Positions 25,945 to 39,569 are shown, counted from the stretch's first letter. The stretch: 64,000 nt of DNA from Squalus acanthias (GCA_030390025.1 CM059432.1:5704001-5768000); one strand, 5' to 3'. The notes: a model not told the origin generated them from the letters alone. Numbers and translations: made by a program.

Positions 25945-28625
25945 AATGCTATTCGTTCATGGAATGTGGGCGTCGCTGGCAAGGCCGGCATTTATTGCTC
26001 ATCCCTAATTGCCCTTGAGGTGGTGGTGAGCCGCCGCCTTGAACCGCTGCAGTCCGTGTGGTGAAGGTACCCCCCACAGTGCTGTTAGGGAGGGAGTTCC
26101 AGGATTTTGACCCAGCGACGATGAAGGAACGATGATATACTTCTAAGTCAGGATGGTGTGTGACTTGGAGGGGAACTTGGAGGTGGTGGTGTTCCTATGT
26201 GCCTGCTGTCCTTCTCCTTCTAGGTGGAAGAGGTCGCGGGTTTGGGAGGTGCTGCCGAAGAAGCTTTGGCGAGTTGCTGCAGAGAATCTTGTAGATGGTA
26301 CACACTGCAGCCACGGTGCGCTGGTGGTGGAGTGAGTGAATGTTTAAGGTGGTGGATGGGGTGCCAATCAAGCGGACTGCTTTGTCCTGGATGATGTCGA
26401 GCTTCTTGAGTGTTGCTGGAGCTGCACTTATCCAGGCAAGTGGAGAGTATTCCATCGCACTCCTTACTTGTGCCTGCAGCGATGTCCTGGGGCTGTGATG
26501 ATTGACCTCCAACCACCACAACCAGCTTCCTTTGTGCTAGGTATGACTCCAGCCAGTGGAGAGTTTTCCCCCCGATTCCCATTGACTTCAGTTTTACTGG
26601 GGCTCCTTGATGCCACACTTGGTCAAATGCTGCCTTGATGTCAAGGGCAGTCACTCTCACCTCACCTCTGGAATTCAGTTGCTTTGTCCATGTTTGGACC
26701 AAGGCTGTAATGAGGTCTGGAGCCGAGTGGTCTTGGCGGAACCCAAACTGGGCATCAGTGAGCAGGTTATTGGTGAGTAAGTGCCACTTGATAGCACTGT
26801 CGATGACGCCTTCCATCACTTTGCTAATGATTGAGAGTAGACTGATGGGGCGATGATTGGATTTGTCCTGCTTTATGTGGACAGGACATACCTGGGCAGT
26901 TTTCCACATTGTCGGATAGATGCCAGTGTTGTAGCTGTACTGGAATTGCTTGGCTAAAGGTGCGGCTAGTTCTGGAGCACAAGTCTTCAACACGACAGCC
27001 GGGATGTTGTCGGGGCCCATAGCCTTTGCAGTATTCTGTGCAATCAGCCGTTTCTTGATATCACATGGAGTGACTCGAATTGCCTGAAGACTGGCTTCTA
27101 TGATGGTGGGGACCTCGGGAGGAGGCCGATATGGATCATCTACTTGGCACTTTGGGCTGAAGATGGTTGCAAATGCTTCAGCCTTGTCTTTTGCACTCAT
27201 GTGCTGGGCTCCACCATCATTGAGGATGGGGATATTCATGGAGCCTTCTCCTCCCGTTAGTTGTTTAATGGTCCACCACTATTCACGACTGGATGTGGCA
27301 GGACTGCAGAGCTTTGATCTGACCCGTTGATTGTGGGATCGCTTAGCCCTGTCTATAGCATGCTGCTTCCGCTTTTTAGCATGCATGTAGTCCTGTGTTG
27401 CAGTTTCCCCAGGTTGGCACCTCATTTTTAGGTACGCCTGGTGCTGCTCCTGGCATGCTCTTCTACACTCATTAAACCAGGGTTGGTCCCCTGGCTTGAT
27501 GGTAATGGTGGAGTGAGGGATATACTGGGCCATGAGGTTACAGATTGTGGTGGAATACAATTCTGCTGCTGATGATGGCCCATAGTGCCTCATGAATGCC
27601 CAGTTTTGAGCTGCTAGATCTGTTCTGAATCTATCCCATTTAGCACGGTGGTAGTGCCACACAACACGATGGAGGGTGTCCTCAGTGTGAAGATGGGACT
27701 TCGTCTCCACACTAACAGTGTGGTTGTCACTGCTACCAATGCTGTCATGGACAGATGCATCTGCGACAGGTAGATTGGTGAGGATGAAGTCAAGTAGGTT
27801 TTTCCCTCGTGTTGGTTCTCTCACCACCTGTCACAGGCCCAGACTGGCAGCTATGTCCTTCAGGAGTGTTGCTACCGAGCCACTCTTGGTGATAGACATT
27901 GACGTCCCCCACGAAGAATATATTCTATGCCCTTGCTACTCTCAGTGCTTCTTCCAAGTGGTGTTCAACATGAGTACTGATTCATCAGCTGAGGGAGGGG
28001 TGGTATGTGGTAATCAGCAGGAGGTTTCCTTGCCCATGCTTGGCCTGATGCCATGAAACTTCATGGGGTTCGTTGTCATTGTTGAGGACTCCCAGGGCCA
28101 CTCCTTCCCGACTGTATACCACTGTGCCGCCACCCCTGGTGGGTCTGTCCTGCCGGTGGGCCCGGACATACCCAGGGATGGTGATGGAGGAGTTTGGGAC
28201 ATTGGCTGAAAGGTATGATTCTGTGAGTATGACTATGTCAGGTTGTTGCTTGACTAGTCTGTGGGACAGCTCTCCCAATTTTGGCGCAAGTCCCCAGATG
28301 TTGGTGAGGAGGACATTGCAGGGTCGACCGGGCTGGGTGTGCCGTTGTGTCCGTGGCCGGTGCCGAGGTCGATGCTGGGTGGTCCGTCCGGTTTTATTAT
28401 TCTTATTGTTTATCATCGTGGTTTGTTACAACTGAGTGGCTTTCGAGGCCATTTCAGAGGGCAGTTTAGAGTCGACCACATTGCTGTGGGTCTGGGGTCA
28501 CATATCGGCCAGACCAGGTAAGGACGGCAGATTTCCTTCCCTAAAGGACATTAGTGAACCAGATGGGTTTTTACGACAATCCGATAGTTTCATGGTCACC
28601 ATTACTGATACTAGCTTTTTATTCC
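25945..28625 (-). mobile_element. APE-RT non-LTR retrotransposon (CR1/L2-group family distinct from the dominant CR1), near full length, frameshifted and internally deleted
   Basis: Endonuclease NIWGL, PDIVILTESYL, RQDRPTRGGG, PTRGKNLLD; RT KAMGPDNIP, RPISLLS, QFGFR, LDIKAAFD; tail ...cccacattccatgaacgaat. Shorter copies at ~12183-12386, 31647-32238, 36712-37245, 38277-39000, 40830-41220(+), 48020-48435, 50795-51340, 54855-55665(+). Confidence 0.85.
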
Positions 28626-30080
28626 AGGTAGCTTTCAAAAGGGAATTGGATAAGTACCTGAAGGAAAAAAATTTGCAGGGCTACGGGGAAAGGGCAGGGG
28701 AGTGGGACTAGCTGAAGTGCTCTTGCAGAGAGCTGGCACGGGCTCGGCGGACCGAATGGCCTCCTTCTGTGCTGTAGCCATTCTATGATTCTATGGGGCA
28801 GAGAAGGCTAAGGGGAGACCTAATAGAGGTATTCAAAATTATGAGCGGTTTTGATAGATCAAGTTGGGAGAAACTGTTCCCTCTCGCAAGTGGGTCGATA
28901 ACCAGAGGCCAGGGATTTAAAATAATTGACAAAAGAACTAGAGGGAAGTTAGGAGAAATTTTTTTACACAGAGGGTTGTTGAGATCTGGAATGCACTACC
29001 TGAAAGGGTGGTGGAATCAGATTCCATAGGAATTTCAAAAGGCAATTGGAAATATACTTGAAGAGGACTAATTTGCAGGGCTATGGGGAAGAAGCTGGCT
29101 TGAGTGGCAAATTTGGACAGCTCTTTGAAAGAGCCGGCACAGGCATGACTGACCGATGGCCTCCTTCTGTGCTGTAAGATTCTATGATTCTAGAACATTC
29201 TGTAATGGGGTGCCCAAGCTACACACAGTTACCAATATCTTGTACAGATTCATCATCACCTCCTTGTCTCTGCATTCAATGTCCCTATACATAAAACCCA
29301 GAACCCCATTTGCCCTGTTAATGGCTTTTTTGCTTGCAATCCTGTTTTTAAAGATGTGTGTAATTGCACCCTCAGATCTTTTTCTTCCTTCAGGCCACTA
29401 AATTTTTTTTACCACTTGGGCTTTATTTCCAGTCTCTGATCTATTTCCTGAAAATGCATCGCTTCACATTTATCTTTGTTGAACTGCATTTGCCATATAC
29501 CTGCCCCCCTCCCTGACCCATTTGTGCCCTCCTACAATCTGTATTCTTTCTCACTTCACCATGCCCTGAACTTGATTTCCTCAGGAAGGATATATTGGCC
29601 TTGGAGGGAGTGCAGCGTAGGTTTACCAGAATGATACCCGGACTCCAAGGGTTAAATTACGAGGAGAGATTACACAAACTGGGGTGGTATTCCCTAGAAT
29701 TTAGAAGGTTAAGGGGTGATCTGATGGAAGTTTTCAAGATATTAAAGGGGAACAGATAGGGTGGATAGAGAGAAACTATTTCCACTGGTTGGGGAGTCTA
29801 GGACTAGGGGGCATAGTCTAAAAATTAGAGCCAGACCTTTCAGGAGTGAAATTAGGAAACACTTCGACACACAAAGGGTGGTAGAAGTTTGGAACTCTCT
29901 TCCACAAAGGGCAACTGATGCTAGAGCAATTGTTAATTTTAAATCTGAGATTGATAGATTTTTGTTAACCAAAGGTATGAAGGGATATGGACCAAAGGTG
30001 GGTATATGGAGTTAGGTCGCAGATCAGCCATTGAATGGCGGAACAGGCTCGAGGGGCTGAATGGCCTCCTCCTGTTCCTA
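28625..30080. mobile_element. Cluster of CR1 3' fragments
   Basis: RGDLIEVFKI, RVVEVWNSLP and repeated CR1 tails (attctatg)n. Confidence 0.8.
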
Positions 30081-30965
30081 AGTTCAGCAAATGTCTATCG
30101 TCCCATGCAATGTTCCCTTTAAATTTTTTTGTTTGCGCGATCGCTGCGCGTGCACGGTACCTTCCAGTGGCAGCAACTTGTGAGTGGCCGGCGCGCGACT
30201 TTCAGATGGATGATCGCACCTTGCGGGGGCGGGGGATCATTGGTCCCATGTCCGAATCTATATGGAATGCCAGAGGTGCTGTCACAGTTTGGAGAGCGTG
30301 CCATGAGCAATATCTTGCCAATCTGAAGGAAATGTCACTTGCCCCTCTGCTTTCTCTTTTTCAGCCTTGCCCCTAGCTATGGTGCCACTTTGCATCGGGC
30401 TTGAATATCCCCCTTGTGTCTCGGTGACCAGAACTGGATTCCGTACTCCAGGTGTGTGACCTGACCCAAGCAACGGTGTGGTTTGATCGTGATTTCCTCC
30501 GAGTTTCGCTGACGCAGGTCAACTTTCTAAATGCTTTATAGATAGCTGCGCTGCATTGCTTGGACATTTTTCGTGAGTTCGGTCTAAGGTTCCTTGATTC
30601 ACGTAGTTTGTTTCAGCCTTAGTGCACCCTGCACTGTGGTCCTTAGATCTTCACCGAGGTCTCTCGGTGAAAATGCATTTTCTGAGCTGTGTCCAGCCAC
30701 TCTTACCGAAAGCATTGTTTAAAAATATAAACTTCCAAGTATTTATGAGCTGATTTGTAGATGTGGCCCATTAGAGGGCACTAAAGCTTCAGTAAATGCG
30801 TTCTGTATTCCTCTACATTCTTGCCTTCAACAGTGTGCGCATGTGACTTTCATTTCCAGACATGAAAAGGCAAGGCTTGCATTTATATAGCGCCTTTCAC
30901 GACCTCGCGACGTCCCACAGCGCTTTACAGCCAATTAGGTCTTTTTTGAAGTGTAGTCACTGTAG

Positions 30966-31536
30966 ACTAATGACTCTCTGAGTGAAGATACAAACTAGCC
31001 ATTAAAGCGCAGCTTGAAATGGATTTGATACTCAAGCCAAGCATTAACGGAACCTTAACACCTCATCAAATTAGATATTCTGGGCCTGGTTTCCAACTGG
31101 GGCGAGAATCCCTCATTTGACAATATTGTGTCTCTGCTCTGCCCTGTTGAGCCAATTGTGGTTGACTCAGACAACTTAAATGTTTACACTGGAAAATAAC
31201 ACCCTTCTTGACTGTTGCCAGCTTTTTTTTTAAATGTATAAAAAGGTCACTCTAATTGGCCTTGTTTGATACTGGGCAACTCACTTTGGACTCAAAAGGT
31301 TCCACTACTTAGGTTTTTAAAACCACTCTTGACGAACAGATGCATATTTATTCCAAGGTTTAAGCAAAGAAACAAGACGAAAATTCTTTCCATTTTTTAT
31401 TTTATCTGTTCTGAAAATGCATTTAAGGAGAATTCCAGCTTGGCTGCTTCACTCAATGGAAGTGTAGAGGAAAATCGCTGAAAAAAGTGGCATCTATTCT
31501 AGGGTAATGGTGTAGATTATCTTAAACAAAGAACTT
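30966..31536 (+). pseudogene. Inverted duplicate of the last NIPAL2 codons, stop and proximal 3'UTR
   Basis: Reverse complement of ~45191-45764. Starts with ACT AAT GAC TCT CTG AGT GAA GAT ACA AAC TAG (TNDSLSEDTN*). Confidence 0.93.
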
Positions 31537-34188
31537 ATATTGAACGGCGCCATTTACCACCCCCGGGCGTCCCAAAGCGCTTTACAGCCAATGAAGTAAT
31601 TTTGAAGTGTAGTCACTGTTGTAATGTAGGAATAACGGCAGCCAACTTTTTTTTATTCATTCATGGGATCTGGGCGTCGCTGGCAAGGCCGGCATTTATT
31701 GCCCATCCCTAATTGCCCTTGAGAAGGTGGTGGTGAGCCGCCGCCTTGAACCGCTGCAGTCCATGTGGTGAAGGTGCTCCTACAGTGCTGTTAGGGAGGG
31801 AGTTCCAGGATTTTGATCCAGCGACGATGAAGGATCGGCGATATACTTCTAAGTCAGGATGGTGTGTGAGTTGGAGGGGAACTTGGAGGTGGTGGTGTTC
31901 CCATGCACCTGCTGCCCTTGTCCTTCTGGATGGTAAAGGACGCGGGTTTGGGAGGTGCTGCCGAAGAAGCCTTGGCGAGTTGCTGCAGTGCATCTTGTAG
32001 ATGGTACACACTGCAGCCACGGTGCGCCGGTGGAGGAGGGAGTGAATGTTTAAGGTGGTGGATGGGGTGCCAATCAAGCGGGCTGCTTTGTCCTGGATGG
32101 TGTCGAGTTTCTTGAGTGTTGTTGCAGCTGCAACTCATCCAGGCAAGTGGAGAGTATTCCATCACACTCCTCAGTTGTGCCTTGTAGATGGTGGAAAGAC
32201 TTTGGGGAGTCAGGAGGTGAGACACTCGCCGCAGAATACTTGCACACAGCAAGCTCCCACAAACAGCAATGTGATAATGACCAGATAATCTGTTTTTAGG
32301 TATTGGTTCAGGGATAAATATTGGTCAGGACACCGGGGATAACTCCCCTGCTCTTCTTCGAAATAGTGCCATGGGATCTTTTCTGTCCACCTGAGAGAGC
32401 AGACGGGTCCTCAGTTTAACGTTTCATTTGAAAAACAGCACACCACCCCCTCAGTACTGGCATTGGAGTGTCAGCCTAGATTTTGTGCTCAAGTCCCTGG
32501 AGTCCACATCCTTCTGACTCGAGGTGAGAGAGCTACCAACTGAGCCAAGGCTGACACCTTGGGGAGAATGTTGAGTGGGAAGAAAAAATATTACTACCAA
32601 ATATATGATGTGATGGCTGCTTGTGCAGTACTGTTTTAAACTGTTAATGATAGCGAGATTCTAATTTATTTTTAGTTTTTAAATAATGAATTATTCAGGT
32701 AGGGACTAAATCAAATCGCAGTGGTGTAGTTAGGACAGGTAGTTACTGGGTAGGTTGTTTAGTTAACACCCAGTACTGTGCTTACAGCCCAATTATAAGC
32801 ACCATCTGCCAACCTGTTTTTCAACATGAATGGGGCGGCAGCGAGACGCAAGTTATGCCCGCGGGTCGATTTAGGCGGCCAATGCTCCCAATTGGAAGCA
32901 GGCAAGATCCTGGTGCACGTAATTAAATTTGGGGGTTATAAGATTAATCAGGACCTCCCCCCCCCCCCCCCCCCCCCCCTCCAACCTTCGCCCAACGGAA
33001 CTGAACGTAGAGCGGGCAAATCAGTGATCCTTAAAGGAACTACTGGAGACCACTTAGAAATCATGATGGCAAGCTTTTGTTCACCAATTTGTTTTGGCTG
33101 GGCGAGGAGGAGCAATCCTCACGAAAATTGATCCGCCCATCGCTGGTCCCTCCACTGCCTTATTCCACCCTCTCTCCCCCCACCCCAAGGTCTCCCTGGC
33201 TGCACACAGGAGCCACTGGATTTCCTAGGCCCCATGATCAGTGAGGTGCCTTTATCAGCACTTATTTTAGTGCTGGCAGCCCACCCATTATCATTTAAAT
33301 GAGACCCAAATCGCCAAAATCGATCAGGCCTCTTGCCCGTAACACCGGGCGGGTGCTGCAATCTGGGGAAAAGTTCCACAGGTGCCAGTTGCCCTCTGGT
33401 ATCTTGCCCGAGTGTCTATATAAATGTGTGGCTAAACCAGCGAGTGGCAGCAGGCTACGTGAAGTGGCCAAGAACCCCACCCAGTTCTGTCCTCGATGAA
33501 AGTCCACACACGGGGCTCCATCCGGTAAGGGTTACTGAGCTGCACGCAGGAGCAGGAACCCTGGGTGAGTTAACTCTGACATGTTGAGGCCAACTGCAGC
33601 ACCCGGACTGAAGCCGGCTAAATCTGCACAAACTGGGAACGGGACCCCGGGTCATATGGCCTGCGTGACTCACCCCCACGTGATCTTTTATCAGTTGAGT
33701 AATTAGGGGAGCGTAAAAGTCCAGTGTTTTTAAATAGTCCAAGTTTTTCCATTTATTTCTGTGCCTTGTGATGTCGAAGCACTGGTTAAAGAATGTCATC
33801 AGCAGCAAGGAAAACATCAGAGCTCAAACAATGATCCTACCCATCTTGGCTACATTTAGTTTTTTGGCTTGGCTAAAGATGACAACTATAGGAGATAGTG
33901 ATCTGAATGTAATGAAATAATTGAGAACACATTTGAGAACATGTTTACACAGAATGTAAGATTTTGTTTTATACAGTTCACAGATGTTCTCAACTTTCAT
34001 GGCACTTGTATTTGTTTTGCCTTTTTTTAGGTCTCTGTCACGGCTCCCACGTCTTCAGCTGTGCGGGTGCAGAGTTCTGGAGTACGATGGGTTGCTCTGT
34101 CTCTCCCATCAATGCTGTTTTGTGAAGTGTGCCTCTTGTGGCCAAAGTTAGAACTGATTATCTCCCATTTGGTTCAGTAGATACAATC

Positions 34189-34650
34189 TCAGCCGTGGCT
34201 CAGTGGGTAGCACTCTCGCCTCTGAAGATTGTGGGTTCAAGTCCCACTCCAGAGACTCGAGCACAAAGATCTAGGCTGACACTCCAGTGCAGTGCTGAGG
34301 GAGTGCTGCACTGTCGGAGGTGCCGTCTTTCGGATGAGATGTTAAACCCAGGCCCCGTCTGCCCTCTCAGGTGGACGTCAAAGATCCCACAGTCACTATT
34401 TCGAAGAAGTGCAGGGGAGTTAGCCCCGGTGTTCTGGCCAATATTTATCCCTAACCAACATAACAAAAACTGATTATCTGGTCATTATCACATTGCTGTT
34501 TGTGGGAGCTTGCTGTGCGCAAATTGGCTGTAAAGCGTTTGCTACATTACAACAATGACCGCGCTTCAAAAAGTACTTCATTTGCTGTAAAGCGCTTTGG
34601 GACGTCCTGAGGTCGTGAAAGGCGCTATAGAAATGCAGGTGGTTCTTTCT
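34189..34650 (+). mobile_element. Full-length Deu-domain SINE
   Basis: A-box-like TGGCTCAGTGG, B-box GGTTCAAGTCC, Deu core and L2-like tail. Confidence 0.85.
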
Positions 34651-34656
34651 ATAGTC

Positions 34657-35130
34657 AAAAAAGAAAAACTTGCATTTCTATAGCGCCTTTCACGACCATC
34701 AGACGTCCCAAAGCTCTTTACAGTCAATGAAGTACTTTTTGAAGTGTAGTCACTGTTGTAATGTAGGAAACACAGCAGCCAATTTGTGCGCAGCAAGCTC
34801 CCACAAGCAGCCTTGTGATGATGACCAGATTATCTGTTTTAGTGATTTTGGTTGAGGGATAAATACTGGCCCAGGACACCGGGGATAACTCCCCTGCTCT
34901 TCTTCGAAATAGTGCCATGGGATCGTTTTACGTCCCCCTGAGAGAGCAGACAGGGGCCTCGGTTTAACGTCTCATCCGAAAGACGGCACCTCCGACAGTG
35001 CAGCACTCCCTCAGCACTGCACTGGGAGTGTCAGCCTAGATTTTTGTGCTCAAGTCCCTGGAGTGGGACTTGAACCCACAACCTTCTGATTCGGAGATGA
35101 GGGGGGCTACCAACTGAGCCACAGCTGACA
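34657..35130 (-). mobile_element. Full-length Deu-domain SINE, tail-to-tail with the previous copy
   Basis: Reverse complement of the same family. Further copies at 31530-31646 + 32239-32556(-), 44785-45200(+), 56455-56926(-), 62520-62955(-). Confidence 0.85.
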
Positions 35131-37247
35131 TGAAGCTACCAAATCAAGCTGATGCCCAGTGAATGGGAATTTTGCGTTCTACGGTCGAAGTCAAAGTTAT
35201 TCCTGGAGTCCTGACTGCTCTCTCTTTCAGTTCTTTAATGAGTTGAGGACAATATTTAGAATCCCAGTATATTAGCTGCTCAATTATAATTTCATTTTTC
35301 CCCTAGCACACACTTGAGATACTTATTTATAAATTATGCAAGGTTTCATTTTACATTGTTTAGATATTTCTCGTGAAATTCGCCTCCAGTGCAGTGCTGC
35401 ACTGGAGGATTTCATCGCGCTCACGTTTCTGGATAGCAAACTATTCAGTCGAGTGCAAAATAAACACACATCAGTGGCTTGAGTGAGGAGGATTTCCTGT
35501 CTGTTTCAGTAGCTACTCCAGTGTGTGGGACTAAATTCTTTACCCCTTGTCCCTTGATTTTTTTTTTGAACCCCTTCCTACAGGTCATTCTACACTGTGA
35601 ATATTTTTGAGGGCATGTCTGTTTGTCCTGTTTATCACTGACTCGCTCGGTCTCCATGCCACATCCTGCTTTCTAGGCCTCTTCAAAATGCTGTTTTTAA
35701 GCCAATCACTAGAAGCTGCACGAAAGTGCCAGGCTGATCCTTTTTCTGCTTCTCTAACATCTGCTCGGTTTCTCCTAATGGGACAATTCGAATCGTGCCG
35801 TGCAGGAGGCCGTTCGGCCCGTCGTGCCTGTGCCGGCTCTTTTGAAATAGCTGTCCAATCAGTCCCACTGCCCCCTCCTCATCTCCCATATTAACCCAAT
35901 TACACGAGCGACACCAGTCTGGACTTTGTCAATCCTGCTTTTCTGTTTTTGCCTTTGGCGAGATTGACTATTTTCAGTGGTCACTGATGAAATGTGGATT
36001 TTTAAAAAAAAAAATTCATTCCTGGGATGTGGGCGTCACTGGCAAGGCCCAGCATTTATTGCCCATCCCTGGTTGCCCTCGAGAAGGTGGTGGTTGTGAG
36101 CCGCCGCCTTGAACCGCTGCAGTCCGTGTGGTGAAGGTCGTAGCGGTTGTGTACAGCTGAGCGGCTTGCTAGGCCTTTGCTGTGAATTTTGAATGGTTCC
36201 ATTAGCAGGGGAGTCTGATTCAGGGAGCAGCAGCCCGATCAGATACCGTTGAAATGAAGGGCAGTTTTGTGCAGCTCCATTCTCTCGAAGAAACGTCCTC
36301 AACAGCGGTCAGTTTGCTGTTCGGTTAGTGACACATTACAATGAAAAGAAAGAAAGAGACTTGCATTTATATAGCGCCTTTCACGACCACCGGACATCTC
36401 AAAGCGCTTTGCAGCCAATGAAGTACTTTTGGAGTGTAGTCACTGTTGTAATGTGGGAAATGACTCCAATAGGGTGAGCCAGCCACTTGCTTTTGTGTGT
36501 GGCAAACCTCCAAGTAGCTCTGGCAAGAGCTTTAAAAACTCACCTGACTGAAGCTGGCAACCCTGGCACTTGAACCTGTGCCACTTTAAAATTTTTGCAA
36601 CATGGATTTTGCCTCGAGATTCTTCTTCAGCTCAATCAGTGTCTGTGTGCTCCTCTCTCCTGGATTGCTCCCGGCTCCTTTTTACTGTCAATTCCCTTGT
36701 ATCAATTTAAGTTTTTTTTAATGCATTCACAGGATGTGGGCGTCACTGGCAAGGCCAGCATTTATTGCCCATCCCTAATTGCCCTCGAGAAGGCGGTGGT
36801 GAGCCGCCTTCTTGAACCGCTGCAGTCCGTGTGGTGAAGGTGCTCCCACAGTGCTGTTAGGGAGGGAGTTCCAGGATTTTGACCCAGCGACGATGAAGGA
36901 TCAGCGATATACTTCCAAGTCAGGATGGTGTGTGACTTGGAGGGGATCTTGGAGGTGGTGGTGTTCCCATGCACCTGCTGCCCTTGTCCTTCTAGGTGGT
37001 AGAGGTCGCGGGTTTGGGAGGTGCTGCTGAAGAAGCCTTGGCGAGTTGCTGCAGTGCATCTTGTAGATGGTGCACACTGCAGCCACGGTGCGCCGGTGGT
37101 GGAGGGAGTGAATGTTTAAGGTGGTGGATGGGGTGCCAATCAAGCGGGCTGCTTTGTCCTGGATCGTGTTGAGCTTCGAGTGTTGTTGGAGCTGAACTCA
37201 TCCAGGCAAGTGGAGAGTTTTCCATCACACTCCTTACTTGTGCCACA

Positions 37248-38277
37248 GCCGGTCATTTTCCGGTTGGCAATCAGTAACTAGTTGGGTGCCACAGGGATCA
37301 GTGCTGGGGCCTCAACTATTTACAATCTATATTAATGACTTGGATGAAGGGACCGAGTGTACTGTAGCCAAATTTGCTGATGATACAAAGATAGGTGGGT
37401 TAGCAAGTTGTGAGGACGACACAGAGTCTGCAAAGGGATATAGATACGTTAAGTGAGTGGGCAAAAATTTGGCAGATGGAGTATAATGTGGGAAAATGTG
37501 AGGTTATCCACTTTGGTAGGAAGAATGAAAAAGCAAATTATTATTTAAATGGAGTGAGACTGCAAAATGCTGCGGTACAAAGGGATCTGGGGTCCTAGTA
37601 CATGAAACACAAAAAGTTAGCATGCAGGTACAGTAAGTAATTAGGAAGGCTAATGGAATGTTGGCCTTTATTGCAAGGGGTATGGAGTATAAAAGTAGGG
37701 AAGTTTTGATGCAACTTTACAGGGCGCTGGTGAGACCGCACTTGGAGTACTGTGTACAGTTTTGGTCTCCATATTTAAGGAAGGATATACTTGCATTGGA
37801 GGCAGTGCAGAGAAGATTCACTAGGTTGATTCCTGGGATGAAGGGGTTGACGTATGATGAAAGGTTAAGCAGGTTTGGCCTATGCTCATTGGAGTTTAGA
37901 AGAATGAGAAGTGATCTTATTGAAACATATAAGATTCTGAGGGGGATTGACAGGGTGCATGCTGAGAGGATGTCTCTCCTAGTGGGGGTATCTAGAACTA
38001 GGGGGCATAGTTTCAGAATAAGGGGTCGCCCATTTAAAACAGAGATGAGGAGGAATTTCTTCTCTGAGGGTCGTGAATCTTTGGAATTCTCCACCCCAGA
38101 GAGCTGTGGAGGCGGAGTCATTGCATATATTCAAGGCGGAGATTGACAGATATTTGAAAAACAGGGGAGGCGACGGGTACGGGGAGAGAGCGGGAAAGTG
38201 GTGTTGAGGCCAAGATTGGATCAGCCATGACCTTATTGAATGGCCTACTCCTGCTCCTGTTTCTTATGTTCTTATGT
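37248..38277 (+). mobile_element. CR1 RT/3' fragment
   Basis: [38 protein letters not shown] and the CR1 tail. Confidence 0.9.
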
Positions 38278-39569
38278 GGCTGGTCAAGTTAAGTTCCTGG
38301 TCAATGATGATCCCCAGGATGTTGATGGTGGGGGATTCAGTGATGATAATGCCATTGAATGTCAAGGGGCGGTGGTTAGACTCTCTCTTGTTGGAGATGG
38401 TCATTGCCTGGCAATTATGTGGCGCGAAGGTTACTTGCCGCTTATCAGCCCAAGCCTGAACGTCGTCCAGGTCTTGCTGCATGTGGCATGGCCTGCTTCA
38501 GTATCTGAGGAGTTGTGAATAGAACTGAACACTAATCCGCAGCCAACATCCCCACTTCTGACCTTATGATGGAGAAAAGGTCATGGATGAAGCAGCTGAA
38601 GATTATTGGCCCAGTAACCTTGAAGGAACAGCGATATATTTTCAAGTCAGGATGGTGTGTGAATTGGAGGGGAACCTGGAGGTGATGGTGTTCCCATACG
38701 CCTGTTGCCCTTGCCCTTCTAGGTGGTAGAGGTTGCAGGTTTGGGACGTGGTGTTGAAGAAACTTTGGCGAGTTGCTGCAGTGCATCTTGTAGATGGTAC
38801 ACACTGCAGCCACGGTGCGCCGGTGGTGGAGGTGAGTGGATGTTTCTGCAGCTATAGTTCCACTGGGCTTTACGGTGGTGTATCTGGCAGGATATATATG
38901 GGATCCTGGGAACTCTGGGGTGTTTCCATGCGCCTGCTGCCCTTGCCTTTCTAGGTGACGGAGGTCACGGGTTTGGGAGGTGCTGTCGAGGACATAACAC
39001 AAGCAGGCTGGGTTTTCCTTGACTTCCTCACTGAGAGATGGGGGCAGGAATCAACAGACACATGGAAGGCAGGTACTATCCTCCTCACTACTACTTCCCA
39101 TGTTTTGTATCATATGCAAATTTTGAAATTGCACTCCCTATACCCAAGTCCAGGTATATTACAAGTAAAGCAATGGTCCTAATACCGGCCCCTTGGGGAC
39201 CTGCACTGCATACATCTCTCCAGTCAGAATACTACTCCCTGCCTCCTATCCCTTAGCCAATTATGTACCCAAATTACCACCATCCCCTTAATCCCATGTG
39301 CTTCTATTTTCCGAATGAGTCTGCTATGTGGTACTTCATCAAACGACGTTTTAAAGTTCATATACATACATCTGCACAAGCCTCATCAACCCTGTCTGTT
39401 ACTTCATCAAAGAACTCAACCGGGTTCATTTAGGCATGATTTGCCTTTAGCAAATCCGTGCTGGCTGTTCCTTATTAACCCATGCTTCTCCAAGTGGGTA
39501 CAGAGGAGATTTACCAGGATGTTGCCTGGACTGGAGAACTTTAGCTAGGAGGAAAGATTGGATAGGTTG

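Noticed and set aside
30650..30671. Hairpin TTCACCGAG-GTCT-CTCGGTGAA
   Set aside because: An isolated 9-bp stem with no supporting context.
34189..34260. tRNA gene candidates at SINE heads (also ~55070-55110)
   Set aside because: A/B boxes belong to tRNA-derived SINE heads; no complete cloverleaf.
35382..35408. Perfect hairpin CCTCCAGTGCAG-TG-CTGCACTGGAGG
   Set aside because: It resembles a collapsed version of the internal hairpin of the Deu-SINE; no other ncRNA features.
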